A stretch of DNA of 64,000 nucleotides, taken from positions 144,558-208,557 of the forward strand of contig NMRA01000515.1 of the NCBI GenBank assembly GCA_002633005.1, given 5' to 3'. Below the pieces are notes generated by a model. It had not been told where the DNA came from. It was given only the letters and a program-made list of their open reading frames with translations, and searched no databases. The position numbers and the translations under genes are program-made. Numbering within the stretch: the stretch's first letter is position 1; every line of letters starts with the position of its first letter. Positions 13,600 through 25,800 of the stretch are shown piece by piece. This stretch comes from Phoronis australis. Lineage: Eukaryota > Animalia > Phoronida.

Positions 13600-16121
13600 A
13601 CCATAGCTATAGTGTGTAATGTAATAAATGCATAATCTGTATACTATATTTTGATATTCATCAGGCAACGCATATCAAACCAGGCTTGGATCCAGATGTC
13701 AGTGTAGGGGATCCAGACCCCTACTATTCAATCACTTTCACTTCGTTGGAAAAGAGAAGTCACAGTCACTCTATTTGTCCGACACCCCTGGACAAAATCC
13801 TGAATTCAAAAGCTGTTGGCTTACAGGAGGTCTATGACATCCCTGGGTACTACATATGGAAGAGGTCTCCGAGAAGTACTGGACCTGCAGCTTGCCAATG
13901 AATGGGTGTCTTATCTGACGAAATTTATCCATACCCATGAAATGGAGTCTTTCTGACATAATTCCCTACACAAGTATGGATTTCCAATTTCATTTCCAGC
14001 AAAAGGGTTCAATTTGAAAGTTGGATAGTCAGAAACCATTACTTTTTCTAGCAACACCAGATACCAAATAAATCTAGTTCATTGATGAGCATTCCTGTGC
14101 TCTTTAAAGTCTGGCATCAGGAAAGATTTACTAAAACCATTAACGGAAAGCAGAGAACCGGACACATCTACTTTGGCTAATTTTTATTGTATTTCTTCCC
14201 ATAAAAATGATCCTAGCAATTTCAAAAGCCAACAGTTTGAAAAATCACCTTTTAAGTACATCAATATCAATTTATTTTAGTATTTTTTTGCTGTAAAGCT
14301 ATCACTAATGTGGTAATGATCTACTTCAATTGAACAGCAGGATCTTGGATTACGGTACAAAATCCATAAAAAACAGACTCTTACAAAAACGGGAAGTGCA
14401 CAAATCTCTAATGCAGGCTAAACAGGTTAAAAATAAAAATCAGTTGGTAAAGTAGGTAACACGTAGCCCCTCAGTTGATTGGTTACTGGGGCTATACAGG
14501 ACTCCCCATACGTCTCTGTGACAATTTCATCTTGTGTATTTTAAACGGGCGGGAGCTAGGCCAAATCCGTTTGACAAAAATAGATTTTACAGACATAAAA
14601 TTGTTTTAAAGAAGCGCTTACTTTCTTCAGCCATTGTTTCTGGTTCTCTTCATATGAACAATGCATCTACGAGAATTAACAAAGCTTTGGCAAAGAACTC
14701 CAACTCCATTTTTGATCACGGTTAACTTTTTTTAACTGTATACGATAATCACAAAGTATTTCAATTTGCTTCACAGGATTTAAGCCATAAAAAGTGCACC
14801 CCATGTGCTGGTGGCTGACGTACACTTGCAAAAAGTGGCATCTGAAGATGTCCACATGGATTTGTGTCCCTTTCACTTTTTGTTTGTGAACTGGCATGAT
14901 TTCACGAAACTTACTCAAAATGGCACCCTGTGAAGGTAAGCTCAAGTGAACCTCGACAGATTTTCATGTATAATGTTCAAATTATGTTGAATAAATTGTC
15001 TCCAATCATGTTATGTGTTAATTATAACTCACTGCGTATATATGCGTTTTTCATTCCTGTCCATATGTTCTCTGTAGCATTTTGAAATGTATATAACTTT
15101 TAGGCACATCTTTCAGGAACATAACCTTACCAAAGGGTGACTTCTTCATGGAAGATCCCAACAAATGGGCTCCTTTTTCCAAGTCCACCCTTAAACTGGG
15201 TGCTTTATGCTAATTTTCTAGTGGCATTAGTCACTTACAGGGGTCCTGAATTTTGTGAACTAGTTTGATGCCTATTGCTCAGAGCACAAAACTGGTTCTC
15301 AGAATGCAAGACCCTTTGATGTGACCATCACCTTTCCAGCTGCACAAACCCCGCTTCCCATCAAAATAGTTCAATAGCCTACTACAGCACTGAAAAAGTG
15401 GGGCTGTAGGCCCCCCCCCCTCCTCCCCCCATGTGCTGCACCGCCCATGTATAATTAGTATGGCCCCAAAGGGAGTCTGTTGTGTATTGACAGCACTGCA
15501 GGTGGTTTTCATTACAGTCCCTTCTCGTATAATTAGTTCTCCAAATGAATACCCATATGTATTTTATATTTTACTTCTCATCTCTATTGTTAATTGTTTT
15601 ACTCCTTCTACGAACACAACAGAGGCATCCGCATCGTCTAAACTTCACAGTCAGAAAATACATTTCATGACAAAACCTGCGTTCAAAGTATGCACAGGCA
15701 AATAATGGTCACTGAATTCTAGTAAACACCCTTCGATCGAAGTTACGGCCAAGGCAAATGACGCACTTTTAGTTTTACTAGATCATTCTAAGCCTAAGCC
15801 CTAAGAAAACTTCTGAATTGCTAATTAATAACTCAATCGGCCAAGCCACGTAAGACGCGTGAGTGAAGTTCTCTAGTTTTAGGTTTCGTCTCAAATTCCT
15901 ATATACCTTCTTCATAACTTACTCAGAATGCGCAACTGAAAAAGCACAAGCATGGCCAGAACTAGGTGAGAAGCACAGCGTGAGAGATGCCGCTGCCATG
16001 ATTGCTGGGAACAGAAGCAGGTAGATTCGCACCCTGAAGAGTCGCTACTCACTGTTTCTTGAATTAGTAACTTGTTTGGAGCTCGGCGTCTCATTCCTAC
16101 CTTTTCCATTGCCACGTCCAT
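13600..16121 (-). pseudogene. Decayed exon series, possibly a GT31 (beta-1,3-galactosyltransferase-like) pseudogene or non-coding 5' exons
   Basis: Exon-like blocks with AG/GT ends (~16121-15907, 15389-15239, ~14735-14622, 13965-13602), each interrupted by stops in the frames I read. The last block gives RLHFMG..RQIRHPFIGKLQV, PYVVPRDVIDLL and D*IVGVWI..FD across different frames. The first block has a hydrophobic type-II-anchor-like stretch. Confidence 0.3.
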
Positions 16122-16154
16122 CTTAATAAAGACAACTAAACCAATGCTGCTAGT

Positions 16155-16400
16155 GGGAATTTCCCAATCGCGATTTTCCCGTCTCTATTCAATGACGTCC
16201 GGTCTCTCTCTCTTCAAATGACCTATTATTTTGTTCGATCAGCAAGTCACGTGCTCGGGCCGGAAAACTCAAGTTGGGGGAAAACCATCGTCATCGTATA
16301 ACACCTGGCTTTGTATATTTATCACGGTTATTGCGCGGGTTTGACTCATTAGATTTCAAAGAATTCCCTTAATAACTCGTGAGCTATGTTTTCACTTCTT
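16155..16400. promoter_or_regulatory. Putative, possibly bidirectional promoter with NF-kB/Rel, CRE-like, E-box, AP-1 and IRF-like sites
   Basis: GGGAATTTCCC 16155-16165; TGACGT ~16193; CACGTG ~16248; GGGAAAACCA 16278-16287; TGACTCA 16342-16348; TTTCACTT ~16390. CpG-richer stretch between divergent exon series. Confidence 0.55.
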
Positions 16401-16873
16401 TGCGATGTGTTTACTCAGAACTTGCACTTTGACCTCGTTTACTTCCTTGTAGTTGTATATCACATGTCGAGGATATCGGCCGGGGCTTACGGGACCGATT
16501 GCTGTACAGTCGAAGCTGTGCGCAAGAAGACGATAGCCGTGCTTTTTATAATATAACTCTTGAGTTAAAGGTTGAATTATTTAAAACAATCATCGATGAC
16601 TAAGGAGTGTCTATTATACCATAAACCCAGTACATTCTCACTGTCTATGATCCAGTTGTTTTAAAAACATGCTAAGGGACCGTCAAATACACCCTGCAGT
16701 GCAGGATGTGCCGTTGCCGTTGCAGGCTGCACCCAAATAAACCGCAACGTCACCATTCGTTGTTGCTTTTGGGTGTGTCTGATTACTTCTGCACTGAGTC
16801 AGACTTGTTAGTCGGATCTCTGCTGTGGCTATCAAGTAATAAAATACTGAATGGTTTCAGTTTCAGTTTGGCT

Positions 16874-19800
16874 ATGATGACTTCAACAGAACAGGTTCAG
16901 CTGGCTGCTTCCTTGGATCTTCTGCGAGCAGAGACTACCAATCGACACCTATGCTTGTTCCTTGGCGAGCAGCTGTCAGCAACACCACAGAAAGATTTGA
17001 AAGGACTCATAGATCTTCTTAGAACCACGCCAACCACGGTATGATTAGTGGAAACTGTTTCATTTTCAGATTGATTTAATAGTTCTTGGCCAAGGTATTA
17101 TTAAAATCTGCTAGTTCCAATTTGTTGGCTTATAATCTTCTTATTTGAAGCATCACCTAGAAAGAAGCTAAATGTTTTTCACAATTAGAATATGATTATG
17201 TAAAATGGAAACCCTATACTAGTCTGTGGCATGATCTTATTGTGGAACAACATTGTTAATAGATCCAACAAGACCTTCTGTTAGAATTGATGTGTACCAC
17301 AAGACCTTCAATGCTGTTGAAAAAGTTATTCTAATGCACTAAAAAACTTTAGCATGCATGTGGCCGACATATCACATACAGAAACTGTGGTATGCTGTAG
17401 TATTCAGAGAGTAATGCTGAGACCTAAAATAGAGAAAAACAAGTTAATAGCATACAATTTATCTGATTTTATGATTGAAATATTTGAAATTAAATTGTCT
17501 GAAATATTTCTAATTGTCATAACTCTAGAATTTTTCTTGTAGAAATTTTTATACAGAATTCTGAAGATTTTCCCTATTATATAGGATAGTATAGGAGTAA
17601 ATCCTATTAATGTAGGTATCTTATAGGAAAAAGTCCTGTAGAATTTTCTACAGGATCTCCTGCTGAAGGTCCATACTATGTTAAGTTCTGCACACAATGA
17701 GCAGGCTAACTGGCTGCAAACTGCATGGTACAAATTAGTCTGTATGTGAATGTCGGGTAAATGCAGCCTGTGTCAGAGAAATGACATTGGTTTATTTGAA
17801 ATTCATTTTTGCACAGAAAAATAGATTAAAGTCAATTGTCATTGCTATATCCAGTTGCCCATCATATTCATAATGTGGGTGCTAATTGTTGTCATCTCTG
17901 TGTGAATGTCATACTTTATTCTTGTATTATAGTTCATTATAAAATTATTGAAAATTGTATTTTGTGCTATGCTTCCATTGGCATTACAGGAGTTGGTTGA
18001 TTTCATTGATCACCTAGAGGCTGAGAGTGGAGAGAGTGCTTATCACATACACCATGTTCTACGAAGCATTGGTTGCTTCCCTGTGATTCTGACTGTTTGT
18101 GTAGACCAGTTTATTGAACATTATCTCATCAGAGACAAGCATAAGGTGGACAAAATCAGACTGGATTATCTCACAGTGAGTATAGTAGATACAAATAACA
18201 CATGGTGGTAGGTTGTGTGTGCAAGACCTGCATGGTTGTTTGTTTATCAGAAACGAAACGAAACAGAAACTTGTAACTGTCATTTCCTACAATACAGGTG
18301 TCATTTGGAATTGAATTTGAACTCTGCTTAATAAATGTCTCATTTCCACATATTATCCACTGTTTTGGCTACAGTCAGTAATTTATCATGTTTATCTATG
18401 TTTATGAAATGTCAAACTTGATTTACAATGAAGTGTCTAACGTCAGCTGATTACACAGAGTGCAGTTTGTGTTGTTTTCCATGTGTTGTGTGCTACCCAG
18501 TCATTGGTGTTGCTTTTGATCTATGCAACCTTCTAACTCACCTGTTTTGACTGCACTGTTTTTAATTGCCCTAAGGGTAATTATATTTCCTCTCACCACC
18601 TAAAATGTAGAATATAAACCAGACCCACTTGGACAACCACAAAAATATGTCTCAAACCTTTTCATTTCACTGCCACCAACACTCATATGTTCAGAGCAGT
18701 TGCAAACATTTATGGTTACAGGAGAATGCCAGTACTGCTATGCATAGGGTGCATCACATTGACTTCAAATTTAAAAATAAGAAATTAGGTGTACCTTTGA
18801 ATAATAAAGAAAAGTCCTCCAAGTTGTGTAGCAGTTATTTTCAATTCACAAAAACAAATAAATACCGTATTCGCCCTAATAAGTGCCCAGGACGCTTAGA
18901 AAAATTCGCTTCAGGAAGGGGCCGCTTATTATAGCCCAAAAGTGGTTGAAACCTAGTCTCTAAAACGGGTGAAATAGTAAGCTAAACTTCATCAAATTTA
19001 TGCTCTGTGACGCATCTGTAACCTATGAAAAGTTTCTACAAAATTGCAGAGTGCATTTTTATCAAACTTTGTTGTTAAATTATGAGCATTTTTCAGAAAT
19101 CCAGTGAAACTCGCCGACTGATGCATCGCTGCCTCGTGATCGCCGATAGGTCAACTTGAATTCTGGAGTAAAAATATAGTTTCAACTCCACAAATTACCT
19201 GAAGTCCTCCTTAAGTTTTCAAAATAGCATCCCTAAGTTTTTTAATTTCCTGTGCAGTCAGGATTAACTGCAAATTAAGTCCAAATCTGTGCTAGATCGT
19301 ACCCTGCGACACAAGAAAAATCTCTGGACAAACACACATGTTGTGTGAGTGAGCGAGCGTGTACGTGTCATCAGAGTTCATTTGCCAGAGTAAACGCGAA
19401 CGATCTAGGTGTGCATTGTAACTCAGGAAATTAACACATGCGGTAAAGCAGAACGTGTTTTGTTTAGCACTTGTTGATCTCATCTGCTAAAAAATGTTCG
19501 AGAATTGTCTCGGTAAGGCCGATGTCATTGAGTCACCGGGTGACTGGATGCGTGACGGTCTAATAGTTATTTTTCGGGAGATTCGGGGGGTGTAAGGGTG
19601 TGGAAGTGTTCACTCTCAGTGGGTCATTTTGACTTTAAAAACACCAATTACGACTAATTTAATAATTCCCCCTTAAAAATAACGGAAACGTTTTTTACGA
19701 TATTAGAAACTTTCGGAAATAAGTGCCAGAATTTATTTCTTACTGATGCTATGCTACCCGTTTCATGAATAGATAGTTCCTGACAGGTACTTGAATGTAG

Positions 19801-22800
19801 CGCGCGCTTCCTCGACACGTGCTTTTAACTGAACAATGATCAAGTTTTTATTAGTCTTCAATTCGTGGTTTTCACATGTAGGAAGAAATTGGGATTCCTG
19901 TTGAGGGAGATCTGTACAGGAAAGATACAATACAATTCCCTTAACAAGTATGCTGCGCTTGTTCAGGCCATACCATAATAGGACACGTCTCCCGCAAAAT
20001 CAGCAAAACTTGCGTTCTTTTTGAAGCACAGCTAAATACCAACATAGCAGCGAGGCTTGTGGACTACAAATTCCACACACAACGGTTTTTTCAGGACTGT
20101 CTGATCTTATTGATAAATTGAAGACGTTACTGTAGAATTTTAGAACTGTATATAGGTAAGGCATTTTCGCATGTACATGGCATTCATAGACTGGGCACTT
20201 ATTTTAGCAAAGTCTGAAAACGGGTGGCAGCGCTTTGTCACGTTTTTCCCGGTGTGTGGGTGGGCGCAGGTTGTTACAGACCGGTGCTAATAGCTTTCGG
20301 TGCGAAGATTGACTGAAGACTGGTTCGAGTTAATCCTTTATTAATCCCAACCATATGTTCACAAGCCTACTCAAACCAAAACGTCCGACGTAATGTCTGT
20401 TTATGCTCCAGCCAGTGCTGCGAAGCCTTGACTTGTGTTGAACTTCTGAGATACTTCCAGCAACTGTTACACTCGTTGATTCAATAACCTGCTGTCTCTA
20501 TAGCTGGCTCTCTATTGACTATCGCTGTAACTGCTGATTCTCTTCACTGCAACTCAACTGTAATCTCCTGATTAACTTTCTTGAACTGACTTGATCTCCC
20601 GACTTGATCTTCTTGGACTCAACTGACTTAATCTCACTAACACAAACCCGTGCTTGTGTATTTATAGCCTAATTCATTGTTCTAGAACTTTTCATCAATT
20701 CAAGCACATACCAGAACTTTCTGGAACCTACCCAATCATTCTACAAACATGTACTAGTCTCTGGAATATTCCAGACTGCATTAATCACTGTCATGCTAGA
20801 GTCTTCTAGAAAGTTCCACACTATACTGCAGTAAACAAATTACATCATCACTACTATGACCTCAGTCTTCTAGAAAGTTCCACACTATTTTGTAGTAAAC
20901 AAATTACATCATCACTGTACTTAACTCAGGGGTCATGCCAATCAAACAGAATAACAAAACAATACAACTAAAAATACTGTCAGACTATATTCTGACACGC
21001 TTATTAGGGCGAATACCGTAAGCATCACATAAGTTGTAAATCAATCATTCATTTAAAACTGAATAGTTTTTAACCGTAACATGTTTCACATTGCTGTAAA
21101 CTAATATTTCATGTCAGAGCTTAGTGTGGAGACGTTTTTAGTTCACGTAGGAATTTCTTTGTCCAGCCTTTCGGTAACATTATGTGTGTTTCTCGAAAAG
21201 TAACTTATAGTGTAATTTTCTTGTGAATGTCAATATGCAATTTGATAACCATTATTACGTTTTGCACGAAGCACAGGGTAAGATCTAGTGAAACTTAATC
21301 GTATTGAGAGGGAGTTTGATTTTGTAATTCAAAACTCATGTTATTGAAGCATTAAACCTTCCTTTTTTGAGTTTAATGCAGTGGGGTGTTGTTTACCTTT
21401 TCAATAAATTCATCATGGCACCAAATCGCGCTATTGAGCGATAGGATATTCAGTGTCCAACATTTCAAATGATGTCCATGAATAAGGAAGTTATGTTTGG
21501 TCCCTTTCAGCTCAGCCGTCTTGCAGACCAGAATTAGAAATATGGGCTCTCAAAATTTTTGTGAGTTATTTGTAGAATGTTTCCTATCATGGCAAGGATT
21601 TTAAGGTCATAAGTCAATTTCACGATGGCTGTTTATGCATTATTTGAAGGGTATGGTGTACTAAATTAATGCATTGTTTTCAGGAGGAAGTCCAGTGTCA
21701 CAAGTCAGACAGAACATTGTTAATTAAATGCCTTGGCGATACTTCCTGCAATCCTGCTTTGAAACCTCAGGTACTGTTCTGACTTGAAATCATTGAATAA
21801 AATGTTTGTCATAGACTAAGAGGAGAAACATTTCTGCTGTTTGGGGACTTACCAACAAGCATTTGTTGATTAATGTGCAAAGTAATGTCTGTTGAGGTAA
21901 AAGCTCTTGAATTTATATTATTTTTTTGTAAAGGAAATGTAGCACTGAATAAAAGTTTCTAGATTTTTAGGTTCTGTGTCATAGTTGTTATGAGATAATG
22001 TTTTATAAATTGTGGGCATTCAATATTGTGTTAAAAGTGCTTGAAATGTGAAAAAATTGGCAAATGAAATTGATGACATTTTATCTCATAAAGTGTTCGT
22101 CAATACTTAGTCCTTAAACATAGCTGAACATTCACTGGAGGACTATTCACCTCTTGGTGAGAAAGATATAAACCAAAAGAAAGTAAAATTCTTGTTCAGT
22201 GTGTTATTGTTATTAAACCAAAGCAAATTACCTTGTCTGACTTACTTAAAAAAACCGCATACGGTCTTTAGTTACCAGTTATGTTGCCTCTTTTTATCTT
22301 CCTCTAACAACAACGAATCAAATCGCCATGTGTCATCTTCTAGTCTTAGTTTTTGACCTATTGACGTCATGTAGTGACCTGAATGCCAGCTAATTGGAAT
22401 ATTTAGCATGGCGTTTTAGACCCACTATGACGGCATGTCTATTCTAATTTCCGGGTCCAAATTGCATCGTCTCCTGCCATAACAAGTCATCACTAAACAT
22501 CTGAATAAGCCCAGTGAATGCTTCAGTTCACAAGTTCACCGGTAGATTAAAAAAATGTAAATGGCGGGGTGACAAGCGAAAAGCAAACAGTCAAATCTTT
22601 GAGTGAATAAGCTCTTTCAAAAGTCTTGATTTTCATGCAGTTGTATTCGCCGAGATCAGTTTTTTCATGCAATCACAATTTCGAAGTATGCAGGTTAATA
22701 TTTCATGTGCAATTCGAGTGTGATATTATGACTTGATTCCACACTTTCACTGTGTGGACTTCCAACCCGGTTTAAGAGTTATTTTGACTAATAAAATGTA

Positions 22801-25800
22801 TGAATATTATGGGATAGAGTACTGTAACTGTAATGTAAGCTTCTGATAATAATCAGTGACTTCATACTCAGCCATAAAATCTATTTAACCTTTAACCTTG
22901 CAGCATTAAAGATTATTTATTTTAGTGCTTTTGATGTTTTCATTTGTATCAGTTGTTTATTTATGTTGCAGTCCAGCTGTTTGGAGTTATACCAGTCTCT
23001 CTCAGAAAGTGACAGTGAAGTATCCAAAGTGATTGAAGACCTCTTTCAAAAATATACTGTTTTGTTTTTCGGCATCCAAAGAGATGATCCTGTCCAGGCC
23101 AAATTTCTTCAGAAGTTTGCTAAAACCAGCAAGGTAAGTAAAAGTTTTGATGGCTCCACTATGTGCTGTGTGCTGCATTTTTTCAATCTATTTATTGTTG
23201 TTATTTGGATATTTGGGAATTTTATGTTAATGTGGTCACAAAGCTATTTATCCTAACTGTGTTCATTTTAACTTAACTCTGGTATGAGTGGAACCTCGAT
23301 GTAAACTGTGAAGTTAATTGAACCATTCATACCTGCTTCAGTTAATGGCATTGATGTAAGTGGTAGGTGACACTGTTGCCTTTGAAGTAATCGCAAGGTG
23401 GCAATCACATAAGGTGACATTTGTGTTAGACTTGCGGGGTTTTCGTCCCTGGCCTGTGCACACTCAGATTTTTTAATGTGACAAATTGAGAACATTTACG
23501 TGTGATAACTTTCGTAAAACTTATTTTTAATTCAACTGGTTATTATTCGAGAAAAATAGTAGCAAATATTAATGATAAAACTCACCCTTAATTTTTGAGG
23601 ATAGTAGTGGCTGGCCCTCGGGATAACTGCAATGATACCGAAGTTGGCCGTTTATACCACACCGCAGTGACAACACTCAGCTGTTAAATCCACCTGTTTA
23701 CTGTAAAGTTATCTGGCACTGTTAACTGCAATCCAGGACTGAAGTTAATCGTTCATGCTGATTCCCAACGCCCCAAAACATTTATGAGTTGACATTAGTA
23801 TGACTGAGCCTTTTAAGATACACATTACAATGTATTAGATACAATCAAAACAAAAATTAAATCAATCTTCAATTTCAGAGTTCTGCATACACATAAGCAC
23901 AATGAGGAAATCAAGGGATTGATATTCAGAAACAGAAATAATGTTGCTTTTTATTTTTCATTTTCTAGAGACAGCACTTCCTGTTTGAGTGTGGCGAGAC
24001 GACAGACTGTGTGACAGATGGCTCCCTGACCGTCCTCCGTGCTAACACCAGTCCTGATGAGTTTGCCCAATATTTGTCCTCAGGTCAAGTTGTGGAGTAT
24101 TCATTAGAAGAACTTAAGGGCAAGGTGCTGTCTACACATTTGTTTTTAAGCCTTGGAAGTTTTCTATTACTCTGATTAATCTGTTATCTGTTGGCTTTTA
24201 ATTTTTCATTTTCTTTGCTACTAGATATTTAATTATTTTCACTTGATCACATATCTGTGTAGTTCTAAATTGTTTAAACTTTGGTATGAGATTGTGTTTT
24301 GGCAACTGGACATTGATGGAATTTGTACTTTAATCTTCAATTGCAATGCTATCTTGTTTTGTTGACCTTGCCATAAGAATGTCTTGTCATTGTGCGCATT
24401 TGCCTGTTTTAGGTGTTAGAAGTCTCCTTTTTGCCCACCCAGAGAGAACAGTATCTACTGCAGCAGCTGTATTTAGAGCAACAAAGTGTGGAAATTGGCA
24501 TTCAAACAGTCAAGATCACAAATGCTCTGTGTACTGATGAACTGTTGAACAAGGAATCCAGGCCTGCCATTCGGAAGATTTTTGAAAACGACCCATTTAG
24601 TATGTTATTTTTGAAATTTTTAGAATAATCTTCAGTTTATTTTTAACATCCATGTTTTAATCTAGTAAGGTAATTTTTGAGCATTCAGAATAACTTGACG
24701 CTAATTTTTCCAGGAGATCCCTATCATGGCATACATTGAAAATTGGATTTTACTTGCACATAGTCCATCGAACATGGTTCATGAAGGTGTCTTTGTCACA
24801 GGTGAATAATGAACAATGGTCAAGGGTACCGCAGTAGTTGCAGAAAATGCAGCATTCCTTTTTGTAATAACATGAGCTAGTGACCTTTGATAAATCAGAC
24901 CCCTGGTGCACTGAGTGGGTTGTTTGTTGTTCTGAGTTTCCACAAAACTGGGCTTACATCATGACAAAGGAACTTTGAGGCACATATTAGTTAAGGATCC
25001 AGAAGTTTAATGCTCAAACATAGGGCATCGGATTTAGTACTCACACTTCTGTGACGATTACAATCTATTTATTTCTTAGTCCTTCTCTCTTTTCCATGTA
25101 TTATAGATTTATAAAGACACTAGTCACTTACAGGGGTACTATTAGATTTATAAAGACACTAGTCACTTACAGGGGTACTATTAGATTTATAAAGACACTA
25201 GTCACTTACAGGGGTACTATTTAGATAAAACTAACTGTGGGACCACAGCAAGTGAGTAATATCATAAAAAGATGTCGATGAAGCTGTTAAATGTTGACAG
25301 TCAAATACATGAGCACATTCTTATAGATGATTACTTCATGGCAAACTAGTGTTAAAATCTCATTTACTTTGTGATAATTGTGAATGGTTTCACATAACCG
25401 CAGAAATATCAGCTTGTCATCTGTGTGCAATAACCCATTTGTAGTGGGCCGATGGGATGACAGTACAGTTGACAAGGTAATGACAGCTATGGTGAAGAGG
25501 AGGAATAATTTACTGAAGGTAAGTTGTTCTCAGTTTTTTTAGGTAAACATTTGTTAAATCATTGAATAAATTCAGTAAGCCAATAGAATTAACCAAGTAT
25601 GTTTACCGTATAGCTCATCTAGATCATAGCTTAGATTTGCGATAAAATGTGGTGCAGTCTGGTATTTAGATTAAATGTATAGTTAAGTCTTATCAGGTTA
25701 TTAGTCGTAAACTATCATGTCGAGTAAATCCTAATTGTTATGACAGTGCTATTACCAAAACAACCTTTGTCATCCCAAACCCCAAAGAAAATTAAAGCGA

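Larger units (their letters stand above)
18865..21018. mobile_element. Non-autonomous Tc1/mariner(pogo)-like DNA element with TA target duplication, carrying a nested LTR
   Basis: TA-CCGTATTCGCCCTAATAAG at 18863 and CTTATTAGGGCGAATACCG-TA ending at 21020 (TIR with one mismatch). Confidence 0.8.
16874..24124 (+). other. SIR2-like (SIR2_2-type Rossmann) domain, exons 1-5, catalytic motifs degenerate
   Basis: Motifs in the expected order: RHLCLFLGEQLS (~LVLFxGAGxS), FPVILTVCVDQFIE (~IITTNYDxxLE), LLIKCLGD (~LxKxHG), LFQKYTVLFFGIQRDDP (~LFxxxxxLFxGYSxxDP), RQHFLF. Confidence 0.7.

Noticed and set aside
25104-25224. CRISPR-like appearance of the 39-bp repeats (also the 30-bp and 14-bp arrays)
   Set aside because: Head-to-tail repeats without unique spacers, eukaryotic intron context, no cas genes.
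25404-25444. Upstream acceptors (25403, 25412) for exon 7
   Set aside because: Out of phase with the phase-1 donor at 24599; the acceptor at 25444 keeps the frame.
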